Part shown: piece by piece, positions 10,472-22,877 of the stretch
Numbering within the stretch: the first letter of the stretch is position 1
Layout of the letters: every line of letters begins with the position of its first letter
DNA from: Marsupella aquatica
Taxonomy: Eukaryota > Plantae > Marchantiophyta
DNA: 64,000 nt
Assembly: GCA_973895155.1 (NCBI GenBank)
Contig: OZ316894.1
Coordinates: 26,836,240-26,900,239, forward strand
Direction: 5' to 3'
The notes under the pieces: model-generated
What the model was told of the DNA's origin: nothing
Seen by the model: the letters and a program-made list of their open reading frames with translations, nothing else
Databases searched by the model: none
Made by a program: the position numbers and the translations under genes

Positions 10472-13400
10472 TGTGATGCCTAGACAGGAATCACTCGGCC
10501 GGTTAAGTGGGTAAAGCAGGAAGGCACCCTAGAAACACCTTAGTATAGTGACAAAACAAGGAAAATATAAACAATTAGGGGCAACCATGGAACCCGGGCC
10601 GAGGCCGGAGGTAAGGCTAAGGGTGAAAACCCGATTAGGGTTAGGGCGCGTTAAGCGTCGGCGGCTAGGAAGGATCAACGGGAAGAAGGACCGGCAAAGG
10701 AGAGGGGTAAGGAGCGCTTGCAGGAGATAGTGGCTCATTTGCGAGCACGAACTAGGCAGACGACTACGGGAGGCCAACTACTGTCAGCTGCTTAGGCAAG
10801 CACTCGGGGAGAGAGTAGATACCGACGATCAACCTAAGGAGGGTATGAGCAACGTCAATCAAGCGGCACATTTCTGGGGATGCCTGTTCGAACGGGCAAC
10901 TGAGTACATCAAGACTTACGAGGACGAGGAATCAGAAAGGGCAGCTCGAGAACGGCAGGAGCTCGCTCGATTGTGGGAGCTACAGAAGACGGCTTTCTTA
11001 GGAGGCGAACTCATCAAGGACGAGTTCCTGTGGACGCCTACTTCCAATCAACTCGACGATCTTCTGTTTTGCAAAGACAGCGTCGTCGGCATCCGAGAGG
11101 CCATCAAGAACTGCAACGACATACACTGGGAATTAAAGGGTAGCACGGAAAGGTGGACCCAGGCAACGGTGCTAGGAGAAACCTCCACGGCAGCAGAGAT
11201 GAAGAGGAAGGGAGCCGTCAACGATGAAGCCACCCCGGCAAAAAGAACGAGGTCGGCGGCACCAAAGAAGCCAGCCGAGCAGCAGAGCAGGAGGCAGGGA
11301 GAAGCCGAAGAGGAGGAGGTCGATCCCATCAAGGCCATTCCAACCAGGGATGACACCTGGAAGGGCTGGGCGGCAACCCTACCGGTGGAGGTGCAACTAC
11401 ATTTTGCACGGGAGGAGGATGCATGCTTTACGGCCATGCAGACCAAGAAGTACCAAGGCTTCATGGCCGGACCCGGCTTGGAGGCCTTTGTAAGATTACC
11501 ATGGCTGAAGCCGGAGGTACCGGAGTCAGACCTATTAGAATTCGTGGGGTCATGGGAACCCGAGACCAATTGCACGAGGATATATGGGAAGGATTTCTAT
11601 CTTACTCCCAAGGTAATTGCCGAAGTGTTTGGCCTGCCGATAGGCAATAAGACCAAAGTTGATACCAGGAAGACCTTGCCTGACAAGGAGTTCCGGTCGT
11701 TCCCCGGGCCATCAACGAAGAATGGCTTCTTCCGGAACACCTGCACCAACCCGCACATAGGAGAGATGATCGACTTCTTGCGGGTGACCATGCATTGTAA
11801 CTTGCCGAGGGCAGAGATCGGCAAGGCACAGGTCTATCTGGCAGAAAGGCCAGACCCAAGCCGGGACTACAATGGGTACCTCCTCAACCAATTGAAGAAG
11901 ATCTTAAAGGAGGAGCAGCAGGTAATCGGCATGGGGAGCGTGTCGCGGCTTGGCTATCACATGCCGCTGTTGTGCCGGTATGCCAGAGGTCAGACTTTTG
12001 CCCCAGTACTTCCCCTGCAGGTAAGGGCACCCGAGGAAGCTCCAACGCCGAGGCCATTGGCTGAGAAGCCTCAACCACCTGTTAGTCCTACGATCGAGCA
12101 GGTGTTTAGGCCCAGGAAGGAAGACTTGCCGATGCAGCAACCAGGCATGCAGAGTCTGCTGAAACTACTGGAGAAAGAAAAGAAATCGGCATCGGCAACA
12201 ACAACGGCAATGGCAACAATGCAGGACACTACTACAGAGGTAGGCCTACACCGGCTCACAAGAGAAAACCCCTTTGCTGGAGACAAGGAGAGAATCAGGC
12301 CGGAATCCAAGCCAGGTGTTCGAATGTACGTGGGAACCTCAAGCTCCGAATCTGAGGCAGAATTGCCTCAAGCTCCTACCGACGAAGAGGAGAGGGAGAA
12401 GCCGGACGTCCAAGAGGTAGAGGAGGCAGTGGAGGACTGCAGCCATGATAATTCCGGCTATGGGTCGGACCATCACGTTCCAGGAGTAAGGACCTGTGGC
12501 CGGTTTGTCCCCACACTTCCAAGGGTAGTGCGAGGGGACCCCAACCAGCAGAGTAGCCCTGAGTCTCCCCCACCAGATGTTGCTCCCCCGAGCTTCGACG
12601 GCATAAAACAGACGGTGCAGGAATTTCAGGAGCGAATCAAGCAGGAGGAGGAGGCCGCCCTGGCTAAGGAAAAGGATTTACCAGGAGGAGATTGGCCGGA
12701 GGACATTAGGCGGCTAGCCGAAAAAGGAAGCAAACCTCTAGCCACGATTGAAGAGATCCGCATGACGGCTTGGGAGCAGAGGCCACGATGGGCGATGCCG
12801 ATCACTTCTACTTACTCCACCTACGCTAAGAATAGAGCCATGGAGTATGGTGAGATGTGTGGGGAACTTGCGCTCGGCATCTTTGGAGAGGAGTTGGAGG
12901 TAGGACCCTTTTTCCATAGGGAGCAGTTGGAGAAGCACCAATTAGAAGAAGCGGTGGCTTTAGAGAGAAGCAAGAAGGACGAGGTCATTCGGCGGCTTAG
13001 GAGGATGGAAGCCGAGATTGAAGATCTAAGGGCGGCCAAGAAAGCCCAAGATGAACTGCGGATTAAACGACATGAGCTGAACATCATGCAGGGGCAGTTG
13101 GACACCGCGCAGGCTGATAATCAGAATATCAAGGATAAACTGACGCAGACGCAGGAAGAGTTGGCCGACACGATCAAAGAGAGGGAGAAGTGGAAGCAAG
13201 AGCTGAAGAATACAGAGGAGGCCCACATAACAGCCAACAGTCGGGCCATGGCGGAGACCCAAAGAAAGGAATGGGCGTTGAAAGGGGAGCTCGAGAAAAT
13301 CCGCGGAGCCCTTGAGCAGAAGGAGGCCGAGTTAGGGAAATCCTATCAAGGGATTATGGCGCTGCAGCAGGAGCTTGCGTCCCTGACGGCCAGCTTCAAG

Positions 13401-15131
13401 GCCGACCTAAGGGAGAAGGACGAGATGCTCGAACAGACTTACGCCAAGATGAACCAGATGGAGTCTATCATCATTGCAGAGCTCGACAAGGAGCTAAGAG
13501 CAACCCGGGAGGAGAGGGCTACCTTGAAGAAGGAATTGGAGGAAGCCCACAGGGAGCAAGAGGAGGCCAAAAACGAGCTGGAGGGGGCACGTAAGGACCT
13601 GGATGAAACCCAAGAGGAGTTGGAGGAAATCACGAGGAAGATGGAGAACCTACAGCGGCGGGCCGACAACCAAACAGAGCGGCTGAAGAAACAAGCCGCA
13701 GTATTTAAATGCTTAGCTGCAGCAGGTCCATCTCCCGTTGGGACAAACCAGTTACCAGGGGTGGTAATTGCCGAAGGACAAGCCGCGCCACCTGCACCAG
13801 TGCCGGAAGTAAGTGGGAAGGGGAAGGGACCAGCTGCCGAGCCACCAATGAAGAAGAAGCGGAAACCTTCAGGGTCAAGGAGTAATACGACTTCACAGGC
13901 CGTGGTGATCAAGGAGGTAGACCCAGCACCGACCCCAGACAGGGTCACGGCTAAGGATCCAACTACCCTAGGGGAAGGGGAGGCCGAAGCCGAGGGAGTG
14001 GCTGAAGCCGAAGTCGTGGGAGTGGCTGAGGCCGAAGCCGTGGGTATTGCCGAGGCCGGTGTCGAGGCTGAAGCCGAAGGTGGACCCAGTCAGGCCGAGG
14101 GAGAGTTGACTCGGTCAAGGGCAGGTAATCTGTCAGTAGGCGGGCCAACGGCAGTGGCTGAGGAGGAAGTGTTGGGGGCGTCCATTGAGGATCCACCACC
14201 GGTGTCGTGACGGTGCAAGGGCGCCGTTCCTTTTAGGGAGGGCGGACGTGGAGGGAGGAGGCGTGAGTGGGCAGGGCGGGCGCGGATCTCCATGTTTAGG
14301 ATTAGGATTAGAACCAGGAGCGGCCCTGACACTTAGCTTAGTGGGATTGCGGTTCCACTGGTAGGAGCAACACTTGTGCTCCTGCCTTACTGTACATAGG
14401 TAGATTCGGGCAAGTAGATTACTGTCAGGTAGATTAGGCTTACGATGCAAAGAATGGCGGATCCACTACCAGGATAAGTACCTGGGCAGCGGGGAGCTCA
14501 GGGCCTCTTCTTTAGCAAGTTTTTAGTTTGCACCAGCCGGGCTGGGATCAAGTAGTACGAGAAGCTCTCGGTTAGTCATACAGTGACCCTTGTGTATATT
14601 CATGTTTCCTCATGCCTAAGAGCTGAATAGAGTTGGCCTCACGGCTTAGTTCGCAGAACTTGTGTATGAGATGTACTGTTTGTATGGCAAGTGCATGGTA
14701 TGACTCAGTCAGAATGAGTCATTTTGCTATTTGTGTGTCGCATTAACTTGTGTGAAGAGTGCCCACATCAACAGAAGGAAGGAAAGTAAGCAGGGGAGTG
14801 AGAGTTGGATGTGTCGAGCTGAGAGAGGTCTTAGCGGCTTAACCAAGCCTATTGGGGATCATTCCGGCGGCGGAATCCAAACATACCTAACAAGACGGAG
14901 GGGAAGACAGGGGAAGACGGGGGAAGGCCTATATTAGGCCGGCTACGTATCTCATGACCCGATGAAGGATCTGTCCAGTATATGTGTGTAAAATGTTAAT
15001 AGTAGTAGTAGAAGGTTAGCAGCGTCCCATGCCGCTAAGCCGCGGAAACGGCCTCGCCAAGCACGAAACCTGCGGGAATCGGCTTGAGCTGGGGGGTTTC
15101 TTGGGTTTAGGGAGCCATGGGACGCACCACA
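10472..15131 (+). mobile_element. Giant (4660 bp) Ty3/gypsy solo LTR containing a long ORF
   Basis: Termini TGTGATGC...GCACCACA. Perfect 5-bp TSD CGGTC at 10467-10471 and 15132-15136. No gag/pol motifs recognised inside. The 3' part is repeated at 33559-34316. A related sequence starts with TGTGACGC right after the PPT at 60548. Confidence 0.85.
10845..14210 (+). CDS. LTR-encoded 1121-aa protein: PMD (plant mobile domain)-like region, Pro/Glu-rich linker, long coiled coil
   Basis: LLEFVGSWEPETNCTRIYGKDFYLTPKVIAEVFGLPIG resembles the PMD/MAIN motif W.PET...TL.DV..LLGLP. Heptad-rich stretch in the C-terminal half. KKKRK NLS-like motif. Open for 3366 nt. Confidence 0.75.
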   Translation: MSNVNQAAHFWGCLFERATEYIKTYEDEESERAARERQELARLWELQKTAFLGGELIKDEFLWTPTSNQLDDLLFCKDSVVGIREAIKNCNDIHWELKGSTERWTQATVLGETSTAAEMKRKGAVNDEATPAKRTRSAAPKKPAEQQSRRQGEAEEEEVDPIKAIPTRDDTWKGWAATLPVEVQLHFAREEDACFTAMQTKKYQGFMAGPGLEAFVRLPWLKPEVPESDLLEFVGSWEPETNCTRIYGKDFYLTPKVIAEVFGLPIGNKTKVDTRKTLPDKEFRSFPGPSTKNGFFRNTCTNPHIGEMIDFLRVTMHCNLPRAEIGKAQVYLAERPDPSRDYNGYLLNQLKKILKEEQQVIGMGSVSRLGYHMPLLCRYARGQTFAPVLPLQVRAPEEAPTPRPLAEKPQPPVSPTIEQVFRPRKEDLPMQQPGMQSLLKLLEKEKKSASATTTAMATMQDTTTEVGLHRLTRENPFAGDKERIRPESKPGVRMYVGTSSSESEAELPQAPTDEEEREKPDVQEVEEAVEDCSHDNSGYGSDHHVPGVRTCGRFVPTLPRVVRGDPNQQSSPESPPPDVAPPSFDGIKQTVQEFQERIKQEEEAALAKEKDLPGGDWPEDIRRLAEKGSKPLATIEEIRMTAWEQRPRWAMPITSTYSTYAKNRAMEYGEMCGELALGIFGEELEVGPFFHREQLEKHQLEEAVALERSKKDEVIRRLRRMEAEIEDLRAAKKAQDELRIKRHELNIMQGQLDTAQADNQNIKDKLTQTQEELADTIKEREKWKQELKNTEEAHITANSRAMAETQRKEWALKGELEKIRGALEQKEAELGKSYQGIMALQQELASLTASFKADLREKDEMLEQTYAKMNQMESIIIAELDKELRATREERATLKKELEEAHREQEEAKNELEGARKDLDETQEELEEITRKMENLQRRADNQTERLKKQAAVFKCLAAAGPSPVGTNQLPGVVIAEGQAAPPAPVPEVSGKGKGPAAEPPMKKKRKPSGSRSNTTSQAVVIKEVDPAPTPDRVTAKDPTTLGEGEAEAEGVAEAEVVGVAEAEAVGIAEAGVEAEAEGGPSQAEGELTRSRAGNLSVGGPTAVAEEEVLGASIEDPPPVS

Positions 15132-18100
15132 CGGTCATCCAACTCTAGGCCAGAAGCCCTACAGGCAGGACAGTCATATTGGCAACTGTGCACACACCCT
15201 TGGGCCCTAATTTGTGGCGGGTCATGTATGAGAGACAGAAATACCAAGGATGTTGGGAAGGGTGGAGAAGCAGGTACAGGCCGGCTGTAGTTGTTCCTGG
15301 CAACAACTGGGTACTCAAAGTACCATGCAGACTGGGCTGGAAGGATCCCAAGTCTGACATACTCAAGGCGCAACATCTCTGCCTTGCGTGCAAGCCGCAC
15401 ATGTTCATCGTTGCGGGTCCTCACCATAAGTGTTGCTTTTGTGGAGATGTCGTGTGTTCACGTCCTCTGATAAGCACCTTCGATCAGCAAGGTGAGCAGG
15501 AGCTGTACTTGCCTCACCAACAGCAACCAACCTTAAATTATCAGTTCCCACTCACTGTGTCATTCCATTGGTTCCAGCTAGGGGTCACAGTGTAAACATA
15601 GCATGAAACACTCCTAATCAACTTGCTTACAAACTGCAATATCCAGAAAGAGTGAAAGTCTCACCCTCCAGTGAGCAGCAGAGAGGTAGTTCACTAGATG
15701 TGTTGATGTGCAGTTAAACCTCCACTATTGCTTACTTCTGGTGTATGCTGCTCAGAAGAAGACATATTAGTAGCAGCAAATTGCAAATAATGGCCATAAG
15801 CAAACCGTGAGAGTTTGCAGAATGCTACGACAAATCCATCACAGCAGTGCTCCATAGGAATGAAACCAAGCAAAATTTGGTGACCTCGGCCAATGACAAG
15901 GCCAATGTAGTGAACAATCCTTGACCGATCAGGATATGGATTGGAATTACAATTAGTCAGCTCTTCTTCTTTGTTTTCTAACTCTGGGGGAAATGAGCAT
16001 GACCAGGGAATTCTTTGAGAAATAGAAGTGCACAGGGAAAATGAAATTGGCTCATTCAGCTGCGCAAGACCGGCCATTGCAGCAAACTTGGACAGTTGTT
16101 CCGCAATACATAAAATACCCTGACTTACATGCAATCGATACAATCTGCTTCTGTTGGCTGTCCTATAGCTCACGGTAGTGCCGTTGGGATAGGGTAAGTG
16201 AATATTGCCATAGCTGAAGCACATTGAGCTTGCAGCAAGAAGTGAAGGAGCATGGCCAAAAGCAGAAAAGACAGACAGGTTTTACAAGAAGAAACTAACA
16301 ACCGCCAATCTGCTCAAATCCGCTGCATAGATCAAACCCTCCAAACTACACAGCCCTCCTTTGAAAACAATCCAATGTGCTTTGGCTGGTGGATGACAAG
16401 GACTAGGAGAAGAGGAAACGTCTACACAATCAATCCCAATGACGGGACACAGAGACCAGGCACAGAGAGGATTTGTGCTTAGACAAAAACCACAAATTGT
16501 AGCATGGGCGCCATAGCATTGGGCGGCAATGGGAAGAATTACATCAAATGAGTGGACAGAGAATGAACAGTCCGGTTATAGGCAAACAGCGACTGATGCC
16601 CTGATGCAATGAAACACGCATTGACATAGCGGAGGGACATAAAAACTACATAAGCCAACTTACTGACCTTTTAAGGCCCACAATTTCAAGGGGAGGGACA
16701 AAGACAGCAATAATAGACGCAGAGACAAAGCTGTACTCTGTCAATTGAGTAGGCAAGTGGGTGGGTGAAGATCAACAACCAATGTAGCAGCGCAACCAGA
16801 GTAGCAACAAAGAAGCAGGTTGCCCTCAGTCTCCTATTTTTCAAGCAGCTCGTGCTCGCGGTCAATCTCCTATTCTGCAAGCAGCTCACGCTCGTCCCTC
16901 TTGTTCTGCAAGCAGGTCATTCTTGTCGGCGATGGTGCAAGCTGTCCTCCTAAACTCTGACACTCAAAATGAAAAGACCAAGCACCTCCAATCTGTTTGA
17001 TCCCTTCCGCAAGTAGCCGAGCGGCAGACGATAATGTAGGGATCAAGAACCAAGTGCCAGGCGGACATTGCACAAAATGAGGACCGGGGGCAGAGACAAA
17101 ATCTACCGAAATCTACCGAAATCTACTTCTTGGGGTCCAGCCCACGGATGGACATCATGCAAGGTGGTCAAAAATGGTAAGTGCAATTGTTGGAGAGCTG
17201 TACTCGCGATTACTAACGGTGCATCCACAAAACGCGTCATCAAGTTGTCAGTGCGGCCACAACAATTTTGACAGTCTCAGGATCACAGGTCCACAAACAA
17301 GTTGCAAATGAAGACACACAACGTCCAGGAGGGAAAGTCCGCAACACTAACCCTTTGTAAAGCCCCCGAGCTTACCTTCTAGCTGCCGACGCAAAGAGAA
17401 AACCTACTCGGACACTGAAGCAACCCTAAACTCAAAGTCTCACCTTAGCGCAACAACTCCTGGATTGGATTCAGCTAGCTCAGGCTCAATGAAGCATGTC
17501 GCCTCGGGCTCTCCGGATCCTCCCAAGGCAGCAAACAAGTTAGGGTCCACGGTCCTTGTACCTTCACCGCACCGTTGTGTCCTTCCCAATGCCTCCTCTG
17601 TAGTTGCGTCTTGTCTGCAACTCTACAGCTCCCCGTGTTGCTCTGCCGCACTTAGTTATATTCCAACGCCCGATCGTGACCAAAAAGAGTTTTCTCCTGC
17701 TGGACAGCACTAGGCATTTGTTCAATCTCTTGATCACGCGTAAGCAGCTACAGGTATGAATCACTCAGTTGGCAGCTCAATACGCTTACAGCAAGAGGGC
17801 GCAATAGGTAGAAGCTCGCGCTACCTAGACCAGCACAAGGACAAAGCATTAACATTGAAACTGTACCATGGAGCTGGAGAAAACCACAGAGTAATTGAAG
17901 CCTAACAATACCCTTCTTAGCTCCCGACTCCAAACTCTCGGCTCCCAGTTTGCAAGAACAAGCACTATGAAAATATGGATTCCCACATTGACTGTGTCCG
18001 CAGAACAGATGCAACCCGCATGCAACTTCACCAGCTCAACGGCAGCTTGACAACTGAAGGACCTCCCAATGAGCCTCACGGCCTCCCGATGCTCGTTATG

Positions 18101-19841
18101 GGTGCAGCAAAAGGGTCTATACCACAACTGTGACCGAGATTGTCACCCAAAACCTTGAAGAAACCCCAACCTCCGACTCCTCAAACTCCGACAAGCTCCT
18201 CACGAACGTTGCAGCAGCCACAACCTTCTTCGCCCTACCAGCCAAAAACTAAATGTCCCTAAAGGAGATCGAGCAGGAATGCAGGTCTATGAGTAGACTG
18301 CAAGCGCAAGGTTAGATCACTGCAACTGCCTGAACACTGCTCCTCGAGAGCATAAACAAGCACATAACGCGCGGGAAGTTCACTCCGCAATGGTCGCAAA
18401 AAGTGGGCAACACTGAAAGGAAAACCCTACGTAAAACCCCGAACACTCCACCCCTCACGTTCTAAGTTCAATGACAATGGCGAAAACTCCAAAGAGACTC
18501 CCAAAGTGAAGTTTAGTGCCTGAAACCGAATTAGGGGAAGCCACTCAGCCTTACCGTTTGAGTGAGCCGTTGAGTGTCACCCAAAGTGGGACAAAGCTAC
18601 AAAGTGTTACTGCATGGCCAACTTAGGCAATGAATGGTCATATTTGCACATACATGGTCGGTAGTGACATTTTATTGCACGCCGTAATCAGGATTAAGGT
18701 TGCCCAACATTATATCCGGTCCTAAAATGCAATATTCCCGGTGCAAGAATGTGACCTAGCTCTAATGTATGAAAAAGGACCGGTACAAATCTACCTTTGT
18801 GCATCTTGACCTTTTATAGATGGATTTAGTAATGGCCAAGAATATCTTGACCATCCCTCCATGGTCCAACCTCCATGAACCCCACTTCATTAAACCCAAA
18901 ACCATTTTGGTCACAAATAAGGAAATTTAATGAGTTATGCCCCTTGCTATCACCCTCTTTATAGATTTATTTTTTTGTTTGAAATTTTACATTTATTCCG
19001 CGTGAACCCCACGGATGGGGGAACCAGTAGGCCAAATGGCATCATAAAACCTCAACACCCAAAGGAGGCAATAACAAAGAGTTACTCAACCAGGGTCATC
19101 AGATCAGGCAAAGATTGCGAAGCCGTTCTTCTAGTGGTCCATGCAACAAGTAACAACTAGGGAATAAGCACTAGAAGGCGCAGTAGGTCAGCATAGTGTA
19201 AGTGTAAAGTGTCAAAGCATTGTCTAGTACTAAATTAATCCACCTGATTAGTAAGAAGGGGGTGTATACTGTAATGGGAAAAAGAAAAAAAAACCAAGGC
19301 ATGAGCAAGGGCCACCAAGAGTGGTGCAGCTATAAGCTATAGGGATTGAACACAATGCGGGGGGGGGCAGTGGCACTATGTATGAGGAAATCACGGGAGT
19401 ATCGGTGTCAAATGAGTCGACAAAACTCCCAGATAGCCACACAGTATAAATCAATCTCACAGAAGGCTGCCATCAATGGAGGAAACAATTTGACACGACC
19501 CACATCTGAGAGTGTGAATTCGCTCGATCTCCAGCAGTTCTTTGGCACTCGATAGACGTCGGTGCTTTCGGCTCAAAGATGAAGGAGAATTACCCCTCCT
19601 CAACATAGAGTGAACATTACCCATGATGTGCTAGACTATATATTCACCCTTCACAAAGTAGCAAGGTTACTTCTCATAGTCTTTTAGTGAACCATAAAAC
19701 TCTCATAGTCTTTTCTAGTCTTCAACAAAACCGGTGCAATGGGTGCGAGTCGTTTTAAGTATGGAAAAAGGACTTAGTGGGCATAGTCCTATAAGGTATG
19801 GTCTAAATTGCCCCGGTTTCTACTAGTGAGTTATCATGTAC

Positions 19842-22625
19842 CTGAGCCATGGTGCAACCTGTACATGGTTCTGTAGGTAATAGGTGTGGGCAGCATCTCG
19901 ATCAGCAACAGTTAGAGACAGTTTACTTGAGGCCCCTTCCAAGACCACACCTTTAACCCCTGCCTCTTCTTCAGAGTCCCAGACCCGCTGCCGAGTTACT
20001 TGGCACTGAACCATATACTCTGCGAGAAATCCCAATGCCTCCTCTAGGATATAACCCTCAGCCATAGATGCCTCTGGTCGTGCCCTATTTCTTACAAAAC
20101 CCTTTAGGTTTTTCAGGTATCTCTCGATTGGAGACATCCACCGTTGTGATACAGGTCCACATATATCTAGCTCTTCCACTATATGCACCATCAAATGTGT
20201 CATGACATCAAAAAATGAAGCTGGGAAATGCATTTCCAGAGCACACAAAGTATGTGCCACATCTGTCATCAGTTCATCCTTAGTGCTAGGGTCCCAGACC
20301 TTACAGCAAATTTTACGCCACACACGACACACACTAATGATAGCCATTCGAGGTCCTGTTGCCATCAAGTCCTTCAATGCCAAGGGAAGTATCTGCTGCA
20401 TTAGGCAATGGTAGTCATGAGACTTGAGACCAGCCAACTTATTGCTGGCTCTCACACACTTTGCCAATGAGCTACCAAAATCTGTGGGAACTTTTCAAGT
20501 TCTTCAAAGTGCCCAGAAACTTCTCCAGCTCTGGTTTGCTCATCACATAAGGCGCCTTGGGCTTCACAAAGTGATCCTTCTTATTGTTTGGATGAGGCTT
20601 CATCCATAGCTGCTCGTGAATGCCTTCAGCCTCCATATCATTCCGCACAGCAGTGGTATCCTTCTTCCCAGAAGTAGTGTGAATCAAATTCTGAGCAATG
20701 TTCTTCTCTGTGTGCATGGGATCCAGCACATGGTTGATCAGAAGTTTCTGTATGCAAACAACAAAAAGCAAATCAGTCCAACTGCAAATTGACATGTGTG
20801 TACAATGCTGGTTGCAATATCTTCAAGTAAAAACCGTGAATGCAAGTGTGATTTTACTCACCGACCAGTATGGCAGCTTTGCAAGCCCTTGTGTCCTCTT
20901 CACCCCATGAAGCTTCGAAGGACAGTTCTTGCTTCCTTGTTTGGCCCCAGGTGTTTTCAAGTACTCTTCCACCTCAGCAGCAAAGGCTAATTTTTGCTCA
21001 CAAGTCATCCTTGGGGGAGGCCCCCGTGGCTCGCACTCCCCATCAAATTTTGCTGCATAACTTTGGGAGCGGTACTTATGGTTCTCCTCCAACCACCTTC
21101 TACTCCCCAGAAATACATTCTTGGATAGAGCAGCAGACCTTCTGCAGCTCACATTGGGACCACACACAATGCATCCATTATCCTTTTGTGACTTGACCCG
21201 ATATGAGACCCAAAGCTGGATAGTGATTCACTGTCCACAATAGAATGGCCCGCAGATTGAACCACTTATTCAGGCCAGGCCTATCAAGTGAATCAAAGCA
21301 TGGAACTCCCTCCCAGAGCTCCAAAAGCTCCTCCAACAATGGAGCCATGTAAATGTCAATGTTGCGGTCAGTCACTGAATCAGGCCCAGGGATCAGCAAA
21401 GATAACATAATGAAGAACTTCTTGGTGGACAACCAAGGGGGCAAATTGTAATTCAACAATACCACAGGCCACGTAGAATGCTTGAGGTTGTTTTCCCCAA
21501 GGGATTCACACCATCCAGAGCCAATCCAAGGTGTACATTGCGAGGCTTTGCTTCAAATGTTGGATCAATTGTTGTATCAATCTCCTTCCATGCCCTAGAA
21601 TCTGCAACATGCCGGACCTTTCCATCTGTGCTTTTACTGTCCTTATGCCATGTCATCAACTCCGAAATAGCCTTGCACCTATACATTCGTTTCAACCTGG
21701 GTATGAGGGGGAAATGTCGAAGGACTTTCACAGGTTGCTTTGATTGCCCAACCTGCTTATACCTAGGCTTTTTGCACAGTGGACACTCATCGCAATCAGC
21801 ATGCTCCTTTCTAAATAGGACACATCCATCCTCACAAGCATGAATTTTGACATAATCCAAGCCAGCATGACTGATCAGCTTCTTGCATGCATACAGGTTT
21901 TTAGGCAGCAGATTCTTAGCAGGCATCAACTGTTTCCCCATCAACAAAAGCAGTTCATCAACTCCAGAGTTGGTGAAACCATGATTATGGCATGTGTTTA
22001 GAAATGTCAACACAAATGACAATTGGGAAGTAGTGGACCCCTCATACAAAGGGGCACACGCCTCTTCAAATGCTTGCATCATCTTCTCCTCTGCCTGTTG
22101 GTCCCAAATCTGAGGTGTTGCTTCTCCAGATGTACTGTCCGCCTCCAGAAGATCATCCATGTTGAAGAGACCCTCTTCACTTTCCTGCAGAGTGGGCTCC
22201 TCTGCAGTGGTTTCTTGGACGGGTTCACTGGCACTAGCAGTTTCACTTGGTATTGCCAGGTCCTCTAGTATCCCAGGGATATCTATGCCACAATCCATAT
22301 CATTGGCAAGTTCCTCTGCACATCTTGCATTGTCCACAAGGCCCTCAAATGCACCATCCCCCTCCATGCATCATGCATTCCACTCATCATCAGAAGAGTC
22401 ACAGTCCTCGCCCCACCAATACCTTTGCGATGGGTGGCGAGAATTCTGAATGAGGTGCTTTTTGACAGTCCCTAGACTAACACGATTACCCCTACAGTTG
22501 CAAATGTAGCAAGGACATTTTATCTTTGTCATCCCAGCAGCTCTATAGGCTGCAGTCTGTCGACGCCACAACTTGTCATCCCTCCTATTCAAGTCATCTT
22601 GACTACCACGAAAGTTCCTCAACAT
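19842..22625 (-). pseudogene. Degenerate CACTA TnpD transposase of element B
   Basis: Fragments 22371-22637, 21453-22367, 21178-21465, 20823-21167, 20472-20795 and 19823-20467 carry the same motifs as the element A TnpD (IHACEDGCVLF, LALDGVNP, YNLPPW, DPMHTEKN, KSHDYH), with stops and frameshifts. Interrupted by element A 13 bp into the intron after PWLR. Confidence 0.9.
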
Positions 22626-22877
22626 TGTTTCAGGCACTTCAAGTCAATCCAATCAATGTCTTCCACTCAATTTGCCAAAATGTAGAGGACCCACGTGCCT
22701 TGCAACCTCTACAAGCTCTCTAGATACTGCAATCCTCCACTCTAATGGTACCAGCACTAGACTCCACACCTCTAGGCTACTCTGCATGTACATCCATGAC
22801 CATATCAGAATACAATGGTGTGTAGTCATAGAAACCCACTCCACTAGAGTGATATCAGATCTGTGAATCTTATCAGA

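Larger units (their letters stand above)
10313..15427 (-). pseudogene. Small Cys-containing CACTA accessory gene split by the solo LTR (parts 15132-15427 and 10313-10466)
   Basis: Removing 10472-15131 and one TSD copy gives an uninterrupted 149-aa ORF ending ...QCIIWNHSPSCSVPGDVTCPALPDPTTGHFGVYTCLDHTL*, colinear with the 150-aa ORF at 25511-25963. Confidence 0.88.
1..19828 (-). mobile_element. CACTA (En/Spm) transposon A, giant, other end outside the window
   Basis: ccggtttctactagtg at 19813-19828 reads CACTAGTAGAAACCGG on the minus strand. Contains a TnpD transposase, TnpA-like exons and accessory ORFs. Interrupts the TnpD gene of element B. Confidence 0.85.

Noticed and set aside
10845-14210. 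1121-aa ORF as a host SMC/myosin-like gene or as gag
   Set aside because: It lies within a TSD-flanked TG...CA insertion, and I see no ATPase, capsid or zinc-knuckle motifs.
15694-16224. 176-aa minus-strand ORF as a fifth cassette gene
   Set aside because: No recognisable domain and no convincing homologue in element B (only a weak PYP resemblance at 26536-26739). Left uncalled.
19490-19630. Possible structured ncRNA near the end of element A
   Set aside because: I could not match it to any snRNA, snoRNA or tRNA consensus.
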